A DNA stretch of 64,000 bases. Origin: Sedimentisphaerales bacterium. GTDB lineage: Bacteria > Planctomycetota > Phycisphaerae > Sedimentisphaerales > UBA12454. A model generated the notes under the pieces. The model was not told where the DNA came from, searched no databases, and saw nothing but the letters and a program-made list of their open reading frames with translations. This document shows, in pieces, positions 18,851 through 27,612 of this stretch. The DNA lies in assembly GCA_016930635.1 (NCBI GenBank), contig JAFGGI010000019.1, positions 9,929-73,928 on the forward strand. The letters run 5' to 3'. Numbering within the stretch: the first letter of the stretch is position 1; the number at the start of each line of letters is the position of its first letter. Both the position numbers and the translations under genes were made by a program.

Positions 18851-18876
18851 CCTATAAGTCTACAGACTATAAGTGG
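18851..18876 (-). promoter_or_regulatory. C-box operator
   Basis: The minus strand reads cACTtatAGTC-tgta-GACTtatAGg, matching the GACT-N3-AGTC x2 architecture of C-protein operators. 50-75 nt upstream of the C gene. Confidence 0.75.
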
Positions 18877-19186
18877 CATTTCGGGCGAAATATTATGCTT
18901 ATATTGTTGGTCATAGAAAATAATATTACCAGAAATGAATGTTTTTTCTAAAACCGCTGGTTAACAGCTTTTCGAGACATCAACTTTCTCTGAGCTATAC
19001 ACTCGAGTTCGGATCGATGTGCGATCCTGACTCGCTTTCTGGCGGACGTGCGGGAAATTGATGGATAAGTCGTTATCAGATAAGCTTTAATCTGGTGGTT
19101 AACAGGTTCAAAATCGGGTGCTTGAAATAATCTCAAATGCATGTGTTAGAATCGGTTGGGTTCGGGGAGTTTCAGTAAAAAAAGGC

Positions 19187-19216
19187 CATCCTATGACGGC
19201 CTTTTTCGCTAAATAT
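19187..19216 (-). terminator. rho-independent terminator downstream of the ELWxxDGT gene
   Basis: On the minus strand, GGCCGTC-atag-GATGGCC hairpin followed by T7. Confidence 0.7.
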
Positions 19217-19233
19217 CACAATAAATAAGTTTC

Positions 19234-22050
19234 TTAAGCACCTGCCAGCCAATTATCGCATACAATCTTCAAATCGGTAAAATCGATTCCTCCGTCACCA
19301 TTGCATTCTGCACCACCGCAGACGCCGCATTTTGTCTCAAGCCAATAGTTCGCAAATATAGCAAGATCGATCATATTCACTTTGCCATCAAAGTTGGCAT
19401 CTGCATCCAGGCTGTCCGGATAATAAATCCACAACTCAAGTCCGGACATATAATGATTTGCAGCGAAGAAAATTGCATCATCTGCAACAGTAAATCTTCC
19501 AGGGCCTGAACTGCCGTAGGAATCTATATCTGCAACTCTGACAGTTCCGGCTTCGGTTCCGTCACTTTTCCAAAACTCCCATCCATAGGTATCATCATAT
19601 GCCGTGAAGAATACCATATCGCCCCAGGCTATTAAATCCTGCGGTGAGCCTTCGCCGGGACTGATATCCTTGACAAGTACGGTACCCACATCTGTTCCAT
19701 CGCTTTTCCATAACTCTGTCTCGCCGCCTATCTCATCAGCAGCGAAGAATAACGTACCATTTACATCTGTAAGCGAATTAGCCCACCAGGTCGAAGAGTC
19801 AACGACCACAGTGTTAGGTTCGGTCCCATCGGTTTTCCATACCACATAATACGAGCCGTCATAAGCCACGAAGAAAATAATACCACCTGACTCTACCATA
19901 TTGCTCGGGTTGGACCCCCACGAGCCGGACATTAAATCTTTTACAATCACCGTACCGGCTGCGGTCCCATCGCTCTTCCATAACTCACTGCCATGTGTTC
20001 CATCATCAGCTTTAAAGTACAACGTATTATTAATATAGGCCAGAGCCTGCGGTGTCGAATCTCCTGATGGATTAATATCCTTGATCATTACCGTACCGGC
20101 TGAAGTACCATCACTTTTCCATAATTCCCTGCCGTGTGTATCATCGATAGCCGAGAAAAATAATACACTATTCCCATTAATAAATGATGAGGGCCAGGAG
20201 TGGTCTAAAGTATTGATATTCTTGACCATTGTTGTACCAGGAGCCGTTCCGTCACTTTTCCACAACTCATATCCATTAACATTATCATCGGCACCAAAAA
20301 ACAGCGTGCCGCCTACATTCGTCATACCATACGGCATAGAACTGCCTGTTAAATTGATATTTTTGACCATTGCAGTACCCCCTGCCGTTCCGTCGCTCTT
20401 CCACAGTTCTACTCCATTGGTGTCATCGGTAGCAGCAAAATATAATACCGAGCCGATTTTAGCCATATCAGTTTCTGTAAAAGCATCGCCGGCGGTATTA
20501 ATATCTTTAATCAGCACTGTGCCGGCATCTGTACCATCGCTTTTGTAAAGCTCTTTTCCATATATTCCATCATCAGCAACAAACATCAATGTATTATCTA
20601 CTTCTTTAAGATAGTTAGGCGATGCAGAATCAGTAGCTTCGGCAATATCTTTGACCATTACCGTACCGGCCAAGGTGCCGTCGCTCTTCCATAATTCTAT
20701 TCCATCAGGACCATTATCAGCTGCGAAGAAAATAGTCCCGCTGATATTAATAAGATTAGCCAGCGATGAACTGCCTGAAGGATTAATATTTTTTACCATT
20801 ACCGTTCCCAGAACCGTTCCATCACTTTCCCATAATTCTGCCCCATTGCTACCATCATCAGCTCTGCAATATAATAACCCTCCCATTTGGGCCAGACTTG
20901 ATGGTGATGAACTGCCCGGACCCGGATTAATATCATGGACTATTGCCGTTGCAATTGCTGTTCCGTCACTTTTCCAGAGTTCTGTTCCATTCGTTCCATT
21001 ATCAGATGCAAAATATACCGTCCCGCTGATATTGAGCAGACCTGATGGTGACGAACTGGCTGAGCCGGGATTAATATCCATAACCATTACCGTGCCGGCT
21101 GTAGTTCCATCACTTTTCCACAACTCGATCCCATTAGAACCATTATTAGCAGGAAACAAAATCTCAGTGCCTTTAACTGTTATATCAGAGATCGCCGAGC
21201 TGCCTGTGCCGGGATTAATATCCTTGACCAATACCGTACCGGCTGAGGTGCCGTCACTTTTCCACAATTCCCAGCCGTTCGGACCGTTATTGGCAATAAA
21301 TACCAGTGTGCCGTTAAAGTCTGTCAGGTCCGAAGCCATCGAAGGAGACCCCGGCGTAGGATTAATATCCTTGACCATTACAGTACCGGGTGCGGTTCCG
21401 TCACTCTTCCACAATTCCCTGGAAGCAACCGAACCATCATCGGCAACAAAAAACAACGTACTGCCTACTGCCGTCAGATGCATAGGCGACGAGCCGGACG
21501 TGCCGGGATTAATATCTGCAAGCATTCCTGTCCCTCCCGATGTGCCGTCACTTACCCATAACTCCTGGCCGGAGGTACCATCTGTAGCTGCAAAGTAGAG
21601 AAGAGAACCCATAGCGGTCAGGTAAGATATTTGCGCATTACCCGACGGATAGATATCCGTGACCATCACCGTACCCAATGCAGTTCCGTCGCTTTTCCAT
21701 AGTTCATAGCCGTTTACTCCATCGCTGTCAGCGGCAAAGAATAACGTACTGCCCACGTTCGTCAAATGACGAGGATTTGAACCTATAAATGAAGTAGTAT
21801 TAATATTCTTAACCATCACAGTACCCGCTTGGGTACCGTCACTTTTCCATAATTCTTCTCCATTTACATAATCATTAGCCACGAAAAACAGTGTGCCTCC
21901 TATATTGACACACTCTTTCGGTCCTGAATCATAAGAATCCAAATTAATGTCTTTTACCAGCCAAGGCGGTGTGCCCCATACACTACTGCCAATAACTAAC
22001 AGGAAAATTACAAAGAGAATATCTGTTTTAATTGAAAATCGAATACCCAT
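19234..22050 (-). CDS. secreted ELWxxDGT-repeat protein with dockerin-like C-terminus
   Basis: Signal peptide, 17 copies of the (E)LW(K)SDGTxxGT core at ~52-55 aa period, and a C-terminal DGKVNMIDLAIFANYW / GDGGIDFTDLKIVCDNWLAG module. Confidence 0.85.
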   Translation of the reverse strand: MGIRFSIKTDILFVIFLLVIGSSVWGTPPWLVKDINLDSYDSGPKECVNIGGTLFFVANDYVNGEELWKSDGTQAGTVMVKNINTTSFIGSNPRHLTNVGSTLFFAADSDGVNGYELWKSDGTALGTVMVTDIYPSGNAQISYLTAMGSLLYFAATDGTSGQELWVSDGTSGGTGMLADINPGTSGSSPMHLTAVGSTLFFVADDGSVASRELWKSDGTAPGTVMVKDINPTPGSPSMASDLTDFNGTLVFIANNGPNGWELWKSDGTSAGTVLVKDINPGTGSSAISDITVKGTEILFPANNGSNGIELWKSDGTTAGTVMVMDINPGSASSSPSGLLNISGTVYFASDNGTNGTELWKSDGTAIATAIVHDINPGPGSSSPSSLAQMGGLLYCRADDGSNGAELWESDGTVLGTVMVKNINPSGSSSLANLINISGTIFFAADNGPDGIELWKSDGTLAGTVMVKDIAEATDSASPNYLKEVDNTLMFVADDGIYGKELYKSDGTDAGTVLIKDINTAGDAFTETDMAKIGSVLYFAATDDTNGVELWKSDGTAGGTAMVKNINLTGSSMPYGMTNVGGTLFFGADDNVNGYELWKSDGTAPGTTMVKNINTLDHSWPSSFINGNSVLFFSAIDDTHGRELWKSDGTSAGTVMIKDINPSGDSTPQALAYINNTLYFKADDGTHGSELWKSDGTAAGTVIVKDLMSGSWGSNPSNMVESGGIIFFVAYDGSYYVVWKTDGTEPNTVVVDSSTWWANSLTDVNGTLFFAADEIGGETELWKSDGTDVGTVLVKDISPGEGSPQDLIAWGDMVFFTAYDDTYGWEFWKSDGTEAGTVRVADIDSYGSSGPGRFTVADDAIFFAANHYMSGLELWIYYPDSLDADANFDGKVNMIDLAIFANYWLETKCGVCGGAECNGDGGIDFTDLKIVCDNWLAGA

Positions 22051-22199
22051 AACACTAACCTCCTTTTCTCATCTGGCCGAAAAATATTGAAAACCCTCTG
22101 CAGCAGTTCTCTCAAGTTTGCAGCAATTCAAAAGGAGTGATAAGACTTATTTCAGCTATCCTCCTCAAGAATCGCTCAAAATATGTGATGTCCTATAAT

Positions 22200-22238
22200 A
22201 TAACCGTTTTTGCCCTATATGCAAAGAAAAACGGTTAT
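22200..22238. repeat. perfect 12-bp inverted repeat (hairpin) between two secreted-protein genes
   Basis: ATAACCGTTTTT (22200-22211) and AAAAACGGTTAT (22227-22238), with a 15-nt loop. Confidence 0.6.
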
Positions 22239-22281
22239 GGAGGGATTTTATGCTCTTTTTAACCTTTTAGGAGTATTTACT

Positions 22282-23553
22282 TTATTGTGTCCCTGCCAGC
22301 CAGTCGGCAGCCATTAAAGCAAAATCTTCAAAATCAACATCACCATCGCCATCAAGATCACCATCATAGCCAGGCAACGGATAGGTATCCGAAATTGTAT
22401 TGCCGCCGCCATCGAGACAATTGCCTTCTATCTGATTAAAAGCAAAATATCTCAATACGCCGTTTCTAACTTTATAATTTCCAAAGACAGCGGTATCAAA
22501 AATTGTCGTATAACTTGCATCGTCATATATTCCGCCGCCATAAGCATAGATACCGCTGGCAGAGTTGGAACATGCTGAGTTGCCACTTATAGTACAATTT
22601 CTAATAGTCGCATTGTTGCTGTCGGAAAAATACATTGCCCCGCCATAAGAGTAAGAATAGGCCGTGGATGAAGAAGCAACGGTAGCATTAGCGGTATTAG
22701 CACTGAATGTGCAGTCGGTAATAGTCAGATTGCTGTCACGACAGGAAATTGCACCGCCGAAAGAATAGGCTCTTGAATAGGAATAAGCCGTCGAGGTAAA
22801 TGAAGCTGCTGAGTTGCCGTTAAACTCGCAACCGGTAATAGTAGGATTCCCGTAACTGCAATATATCGCCCCGCCATATGAATAAGATTTTGTTGCAACT
22901 GAATTCGGCGTATATGTATATGAATAGGCCAGATTAGCACTAAAAACACAGTTTGTGATAGTTATATCACTGAAGTAACAGTATATCGCTCCGCCGTAGG
23001 AATAGGCATCTGATAATTCCCGGGATGAAGTCATATTTCCGCTGAACGTACAATTTGTAACTGTGGGACTGCCGAGTTGGCAGTACATTCCGCCGCCGCT
23101 GGCCTGAGTATCCGCAGGGGAAAGGATGTTTCCGCTTATAATGCAGTTAGTAATTGTCGGGCTGCTGTACTGACAATATATTCCGCCGCCGAGATATCCG
23201 CCGCCGTTCGTTATGAAAAAACCGTTCAATACTGTATTAGTATCCTCACCAGAGTCAAATCTAACACAACTATCAATGCCGTTGCCGTCGATGATCGTAC
23301 TTAAAACTATATCTGAATCAGTTGGACTGCTGCTTTGAAGGGTTACCGCCTTGCCTGAGAAATCAATATTTTCAACATATGTACCCGGCATAACGGTAAT
23401 AACATCCCCATTATTTGAATCATTTATGGCTAACTGAATACTGCTGTAATCTGCAGGGCCGTCATCATCGACGGTATACTCCACTGCAAAAACAGATACA
23501 GTAATTAACAATACAATTGACACTATCAGCGCAAAATAAGACTCAGTCGGCAT
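22282..23553 (-). CDS. secreted parallel beta-helix protein with Pmp-type GGAI/FxxN repeats and dockerin-like tail
   Basis: Repeated YGGAIYC...ITNCxFSxN units. C-terminal DGDLDGDGDVDFEDFALMAADWLAG. Start set at the ATG at 23553, which is preceded by AAGGAGGG. Confidence 0.8.
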   Translation of the reverse strand: MPTESYFALIVSIVLLITVSVFAVEYTVDDDGPADYSSIQLAINDSNNGDVITVMPGTYVENIDFSGKAVTLQSSSPTDSDIVLSTIIDGNGIDSCVRFDSGEDTNTVLNGFFITNGGGYLGGGIYCQYSSPTITNCIISGNILSPADTQASGGGMYCQLGSPTVTNCTFSGNMTSSRELSDAYSYGGAIYCYFSDITITNCVFSANLAYSYTYTPNSVATKSYSYGGAIYCSYGNPTITGCEFNGNSAASFTSTAYSYSRAYSFGGAISCRDSNLTITDCTFSANTANATVASSSTAYSYSYGGAMYFSDSNNATIRNCTISGNSACSNSASGIYAYGGGIYDDASYTTIFDTAVFGNYKVRNGVLRYFAFNQIEGNCLDGGGNTISDTYPLPGYDGDLDGDGDVDFEDFALMAADWLAGTQ

Positions 23554-23615
23554 TATCACCCTCCTTAGGGACATTTGTAGGTTACATCGAAATACATATG
23601 TTTAGACAGACCATT

Positions 23616-23644
23616 ATTATATATTAATGGTCCTATAAAATCAA
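23616..23644 (-). promoter_or_regulatory. sigma-70-type promoter TTGATT-17-TATAAT
   Basis: The minus strand reads TTGATT ttataggaccattaata TATAAT, upstream of the beta-helix gene. Confidence 0.5.
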
Positions 23645-23703
23645 GCTGGCGCAGCATTTATGCCGGTTTAAAGGGGTAAAAACGCCAATTTGAGGTGATT
23701 ATT

Positions 23704-25659
23704 TTATGCCTCTGCAGAGCTTGTAACAGGCGGATCCTCAACCTTTTGATTTGTGGCAAGCGGCAAAGTAAACCATATTGTCGTGCCATGCTCATAGACA
23801 GACCTTATGCCCATTTGGCCTCCGTGTCTTTCAACTATCTTCTTGCAGACAGTCAGGCCGATGCCGACACTTTCCTCGGTTTCGCTGTCTATATGCTGCA
23901 GGCGTTTGAAGGGGTCAAAGACATTGCCGAGCTGTTCTTCCCTGATGCCCATTCCGTTGTCCTCTATCTCTATACGCACGGTCTGGTCATCTTCTTTAAA
24001 TGCCTGTACAATAATCTCCAGCGGAACATCCTCTTTCCTGAATCTTAAACCGTTTGCTATAATCTGCTCCATAACCTGATGCAGTTTAACAGGACATCCG
24101 CTGATTACAGGTAATTTTCTGGGGACCGAAATAACAGCATGCATCTGTTCAATCTCATCTGCCAGGCTTATACTTCTTATATTCTCCATAACCAGATTCA
24201 AATCAATATCCTCAAATTCCATTTTTTCCACGGAGACCTGCAAATAAAGTCTGAGCCCTTTAACCATCTGCTCAATTTTCATAGCACCATCAATCATAAA
24301 GCTGAGATTTTCCTGCTGGTCGGTATCCAGCTTACCTGTCAGCGACCTGGCCAGGAGCCTTCCGAACATGGATATTTTTCTGACCGGTTCCCGCAAATGA
24401 TGAGAGGTAATAAAAGCGAACTGCTCGAGCTCCTGATTAGCTACAGTAAGCCTTTTAATCGTCGTTTCCAACTCTGTATTGAGTTTCTGCAGTTCAGCTT
24501 GTGTTTTCTTGCGTTCGGCAACTTCTTTGCGTAATTCGGAAGTGCGTTTTGCCACATCAAGTTCCTTTTGATTATAGGCCTGCTGTAGTTTTTCCTCGAT
24601 CTTTTTCTGCTGCTCCATCTTATCGTACAGGTCCATATATGTACCTGCCAGTTTTGATTCGGCACGGAGCATATATAAATGAGACAGCAACCACGACACC
24701 GCTCCTGCCGCTACGGCTATGGAAGTCAGCATCATTATAAACACTTCCATTGCCGATCTTATCGGCGTCATATCCTTTAGAACAACGATATCACCGATAT
24801 GTATATGAGCTGCGTTAACCAGCGGGATAAAGCCGCCTTTGTAACTGCGGTCTGTAATTGCTGTGCTGAACAAAGAATCATTATTCCGTTCAAGAACCTT
24901 TCTTGCCTTGTAAAGAGATTTCTCTGAAATGTCTTCAAGTGTAGCTCCCGCTATTACCTTGTCGGATAATAAATCCCAATTAGCATTTTCCCTGCCTATC
25001 ATTCGCATGCCCTGTTCCCAATTGGCACGCTGGAGGCACTCTTTATCAACAGTTATCAATAATTCAACATCAAGAACTTCCTTCAACACCGGCAGGATAT
25101 ACCCGATATCTTCGCCTATTTCGATATAACCGCTCAATTCACCGTTTATGACCCATGGATGTACAACACGAACTGTCAGCGTACCATACGGATCGAACTC
25201 CGTACCCCATACAGGACGCTGCCATTTTTCAGCCTGGTTCACTGTAGGTCTTGTAACAGTATCGCCGTGCCTGGCAGGATTATGTACCCGCAGGAAGCAA
25301 TTCTTATCGAGATCGTGGAAGTAGAGATGCGTTACTTTACCTTTGGAATAGATACCGTTTAAAATCGGTTTGGACAATTCCAGTAATTTAGCACGGTTCT
25401 TTTTAAGCCAGGCCGATTTTAATCCCTCATCTTCCTTAATGAAATCAAACAGGCCATCCATTTCCTGCGTATGTGTATTTACATACCTGTTATAAAGCAG
25501 ACGTGCTCCCTCAATTTCTATCTGCAGCTTGTCAGTGTTACTGCGCCACTGCAGCCAGGAAACACCAATAACTGAGGAACTCAGCAGTATCAGAATTGTC
25601 AGCACTATCGGCAACAGCACTGGTATTCTGATCTTCATTTTTTTGCCATCAGTCTGCAT
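23704..25659 (-). CDS. sensor histidine kinase (extracytoplasmic sensor domain, coiled coil, HisKA, HATPase_c)
   Basis: TM segment, ~280-aa periplasmic region, second TM, coiled coil, H-box FITSHHLREPVRK, then DNGMGI and VGIGLTVCKKIV. Confidence 0.85.
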   Translation of the reverse strand: MQTDGKKMKIRIPVLLPIVLTILILLSSSVIGVSWLQWRSNTDKLQIEIEGARLLYNRYVNTHTQEMDGLFDFIKEDEGLKSAWLKKNRAKLLELSKPILNGIYSKGKVTHLYFHDLDKNCFLRVHNPARHGDTVTRPTVNQAEKWQRPVWGTEFDPYGTLTVRVVHPWVINGELSGYIEIGEDIGYILPVLKEVLDVELLITVDKECLQRANWEQGMRMIGRENANWDLLSDKVIAGATLEDISEKSLYKARKVLERNNDSLFSTAITDRSYKGGFIPLVNAAHIHIGDIVVLKDMTPIRSAMEVFIMMLTSIAVAAGAVSWLLSHLYMLRAESKLAGTYMDLYDKMEQQKKIEEKLQQAYNQKELDVAKRTSELRKEVAERKKTQAELQKLNTELETTIKRLTVANQELEQFAFITSHHLREPVRKISMFGRLLARSLTGKLDTDQQENLSFMIDGAMKIEQMVKGLRLYLQVSVEKMEFEDIDLNLVMENIRSISLADEIEQMHAVISVPRKLPVISGCPVKLHQVMEQIIANGLRFRKEDVPLEIIVQAFKEDDQTVRIEIEDNGMGIREEQLGNVFDPFKRLQHIDSETEESVGIGLTVCKKIVERHGGQMGIRSVYEHGTTIWFTLPLATNQKVEDPPVTSSAEA

Positions 25660-25904
25660 TTCTACTTTTCCATTCGGTATTTATATACATTATGCCTGTA
25701 AAGACAGACCTACCAGTTATGTTTTTCGGCTGGACCTAAGTTGGTCTTAACTACAAACAGGCTTTGCGGTTATCGTCTGAAATGCATTCATATTGGGTTA
25801 AGTTAACCAAGGATTTATAGGACGAAAATTTGTGTTTTAATATCAGGTGTATAACAGAGTCGCCAGAGTCCTATAATAATAAAGGAATTTATTTGATATA
25901 TCTT

Positions 25905-27515
25905 CTATGGATTATAGTATTGTTCGTCAGTTTTAAGCCAATTTTCCACAAAGACAGTGTAATCAATAGCATTTATAACACCATCAGGCACAACATCTGT
26001 ATCACCTGCAGCACTTAGCCAGTCAGATGCCAACTGACCTAAATCAAGCCAGTCCACTATATAGTCAACATTAAAATCACAAGTCAATGGACCAAGTCTT
26101 TCGAATACCATACCATAATCGCGTGTTTTTGAAGTAGTATTTGTAAGAGTGATTTCATACTCACCTGCCAATTCGAGCAGTATATCCATCTTAGTCAGAT
26201 TATTAAGCGCATCAGTTTCCCAATACACCTCCGTACCGCATGGATCTGTAACAGTTATATCTATATTAAACTTAGTTCCTGATTCATCATAATATTTCCA
26301 AGACTGCGCTTGCCACTGTCTTGTAACCTCTCTGTTCCATGCAACTGTCATAACTAACCGTTCTCTTCGCTGGGCATTTACGAGATATGTATGCACCTGA
26401 GAATCGCCCAGTACATCATACGCCCAGCCTCTCACAGCATCTGTCGAATTTCCTGCAACAAGCTGGTCAGCAGATAATGTAAGATATGCACGATATGCGT
26501 CAATCCTGCCGTAGCCTCGATGCGGATGCCAAGTCTGATTAGCAGGGTCTGTAAAATTGCCGTTTTTATCTAATATGTTCGGAAAAGTCGAATTAACGAT
26601 TACAGCTCTTATAACCTCACTATAACCATCATTTAATGCAGGGCTTTGGTTCGCATATTCAAGCAGCAAAGCTGCAATACCGCCGGTCTGAGGAACAGCA
26701 AAACTTGTAGCGCCGTCTTTAATGGTGTTATAATAGGCCACATCACTCCAGACAGAAGTTGTGGTCTGGCTGCTGCCCGGGCAGGATATGTCCGGTTTAT
26801 TTCTTCCGTCAACAGTAGGACCGGTAGCTGACATATTTCCAATCCTGATATAAAAATCATTCGGTTCATCGATCAGTGCCGCTGTTGTAATACCGTTGTA
26901 TATATCACCAAAAATGTAAGGATGTGATGCATTATTACCGCTGGCTAATGCAAAGATAACATCTCCGGTATTTGCAAAATAATCATACATCAAACTATAA
27001 TCACTCGATCCATCCGCCTCACCAGCCAATGCCACGGCAGTTACAATCACCTTACAGCCATATGTATTAATTAATGCTTCCAAGGCATTTTCAACATAAC
27101 TCATTGATATATTGCATGCATCGTTAACAACCCTTGCTGAATAAAGATCACAGCCCGGTGCCGTGCCGATACTATCCAAATAACCTGTCCAGCCTCTGCT
27201 TGCAATAATACCTGCAACCCATGTATCATGGCCGGTAATGAGACCTCCCATATAATTTACCCCGCTTGTAGAATAATCATAATTGAAAACATGAGGACCG
27301 TTGGAATCGTTAAATGCCTGGTGGGTATCTCGGACATTGCGTACAGCAATCAGCCCAATATTTATTCCTGCTCCGGTGATGTTAATATCGTGAAGTGCCT
27401 GACAATTGGAACCATCTGCCGCTGTCGAGCCGTGCAGAGCATAAACACTTGTGCAAAACAGCAAGACCAGCAGCAATATTATAGGACTAATTCTATATAA
27501 ATACAGTCTTCTCAC
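25905..27515 (-). CDS. secreted subtilisin-like (S8) serine peptidase with dockerin-like tail
   Basis: GHDTWVAGIIAS (His motif), LASGNNA (oxyanion Asn), GATSFAVPQTGG (Ser motif). GTG start. The catalytic Asp position is not obvious. Confidence 0.75.
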   Translation of the reverse strand: MRRLYLYRISPIILLLVLLFCTSVYALHGSTAADGSNCQALHDINITGAGINIGLIAVRNVRDTHQAFNDSNGPHVFNYDYSTSGVNYMGGLITGHDTWVAGIIASRGWTGYLDSIGTAPGCDLYSARVVNDACNISMSYVENALEALINTYGCKVIVTAVALAGEADGSSDYSLMYDYFANTGDVIFALASGNNASHPYIFGDIYNGITTAALIDEPNDFYIRIGNMSATGPTVDGRNKPDISCPGSSQTTTSVWSDVAYYNTIKDGATSFAVPQTGGIAALLLEYANQSPALNDGYSEVIRAVIVNSTFPNILDKNGNFTDPANQTWHPHRGYGRIDAYRAYLTLSADQLVAGNSTDAVRGWAYDVLGDSQVHTYLVNAQRRERLVMTVAWNREVTRQWQAQSWKYYDESGTKFNIDITVTDPCGTEVYWETDALNNLTKMDILLELAGEYEITLTNTTSKTRDYGMVFERLGPLTCDFNVDYIVDWLDLGQLASDWLSAAGDTDVVPDGVINAIDYTVFVENWLKTDEQYYNP

Positions 27516-27535
27516 CTTCCCTTCCTTCCTCGCGT

Positions 27536-27564
27536 ATTATAGCATAAATCGATTAAAAAATCAA
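27536..27564 (-). promoter_or_regulatory. sigma-70-type promoter TTGATT-17-TATAAT
   Basis: The minus strand reads TTGATT ttttaatcgatttatgc TATAAT, 20 nt upstream of the GTG start of the S8 peptidase. Confidence 0.5.
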
Positions 27565-27612
27565 TGTGTAAGGGAAATTGGCTTAAAAGATAAACTTTTC
27601 TGTTTTTTATCT

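Noticed and set aside
18948-19142. 64-aa minus-strand ORF between the C-box region and the terminator
   Set aside because: It covers the region with inverted boundary motifs. There is no RBS and the composition is Arg-rich and odd, so it is likely non-coding.
19165-19180. TCGGGGAG 8-mer identical to the 3' acceptor end of tRNA-Asn, as a possible third att remnant
   Set aside because: Only 8 nt match and the flanks do not align with the tRNA, so it is compatible with chance.
19604-21598. Long plus-strand ORFs (19604-19849, 20081-20548, 20651-21598; up to 315 aa) inside the ELWxxDGT gene
   Set aside because: Their repeated VPSLFHNS motif is the antisense reading of the ELWKSDGT repeat. They have no independent start or RBS context, and the minus-strand gene has a signal peptide, a repeat family signature and a terminator.
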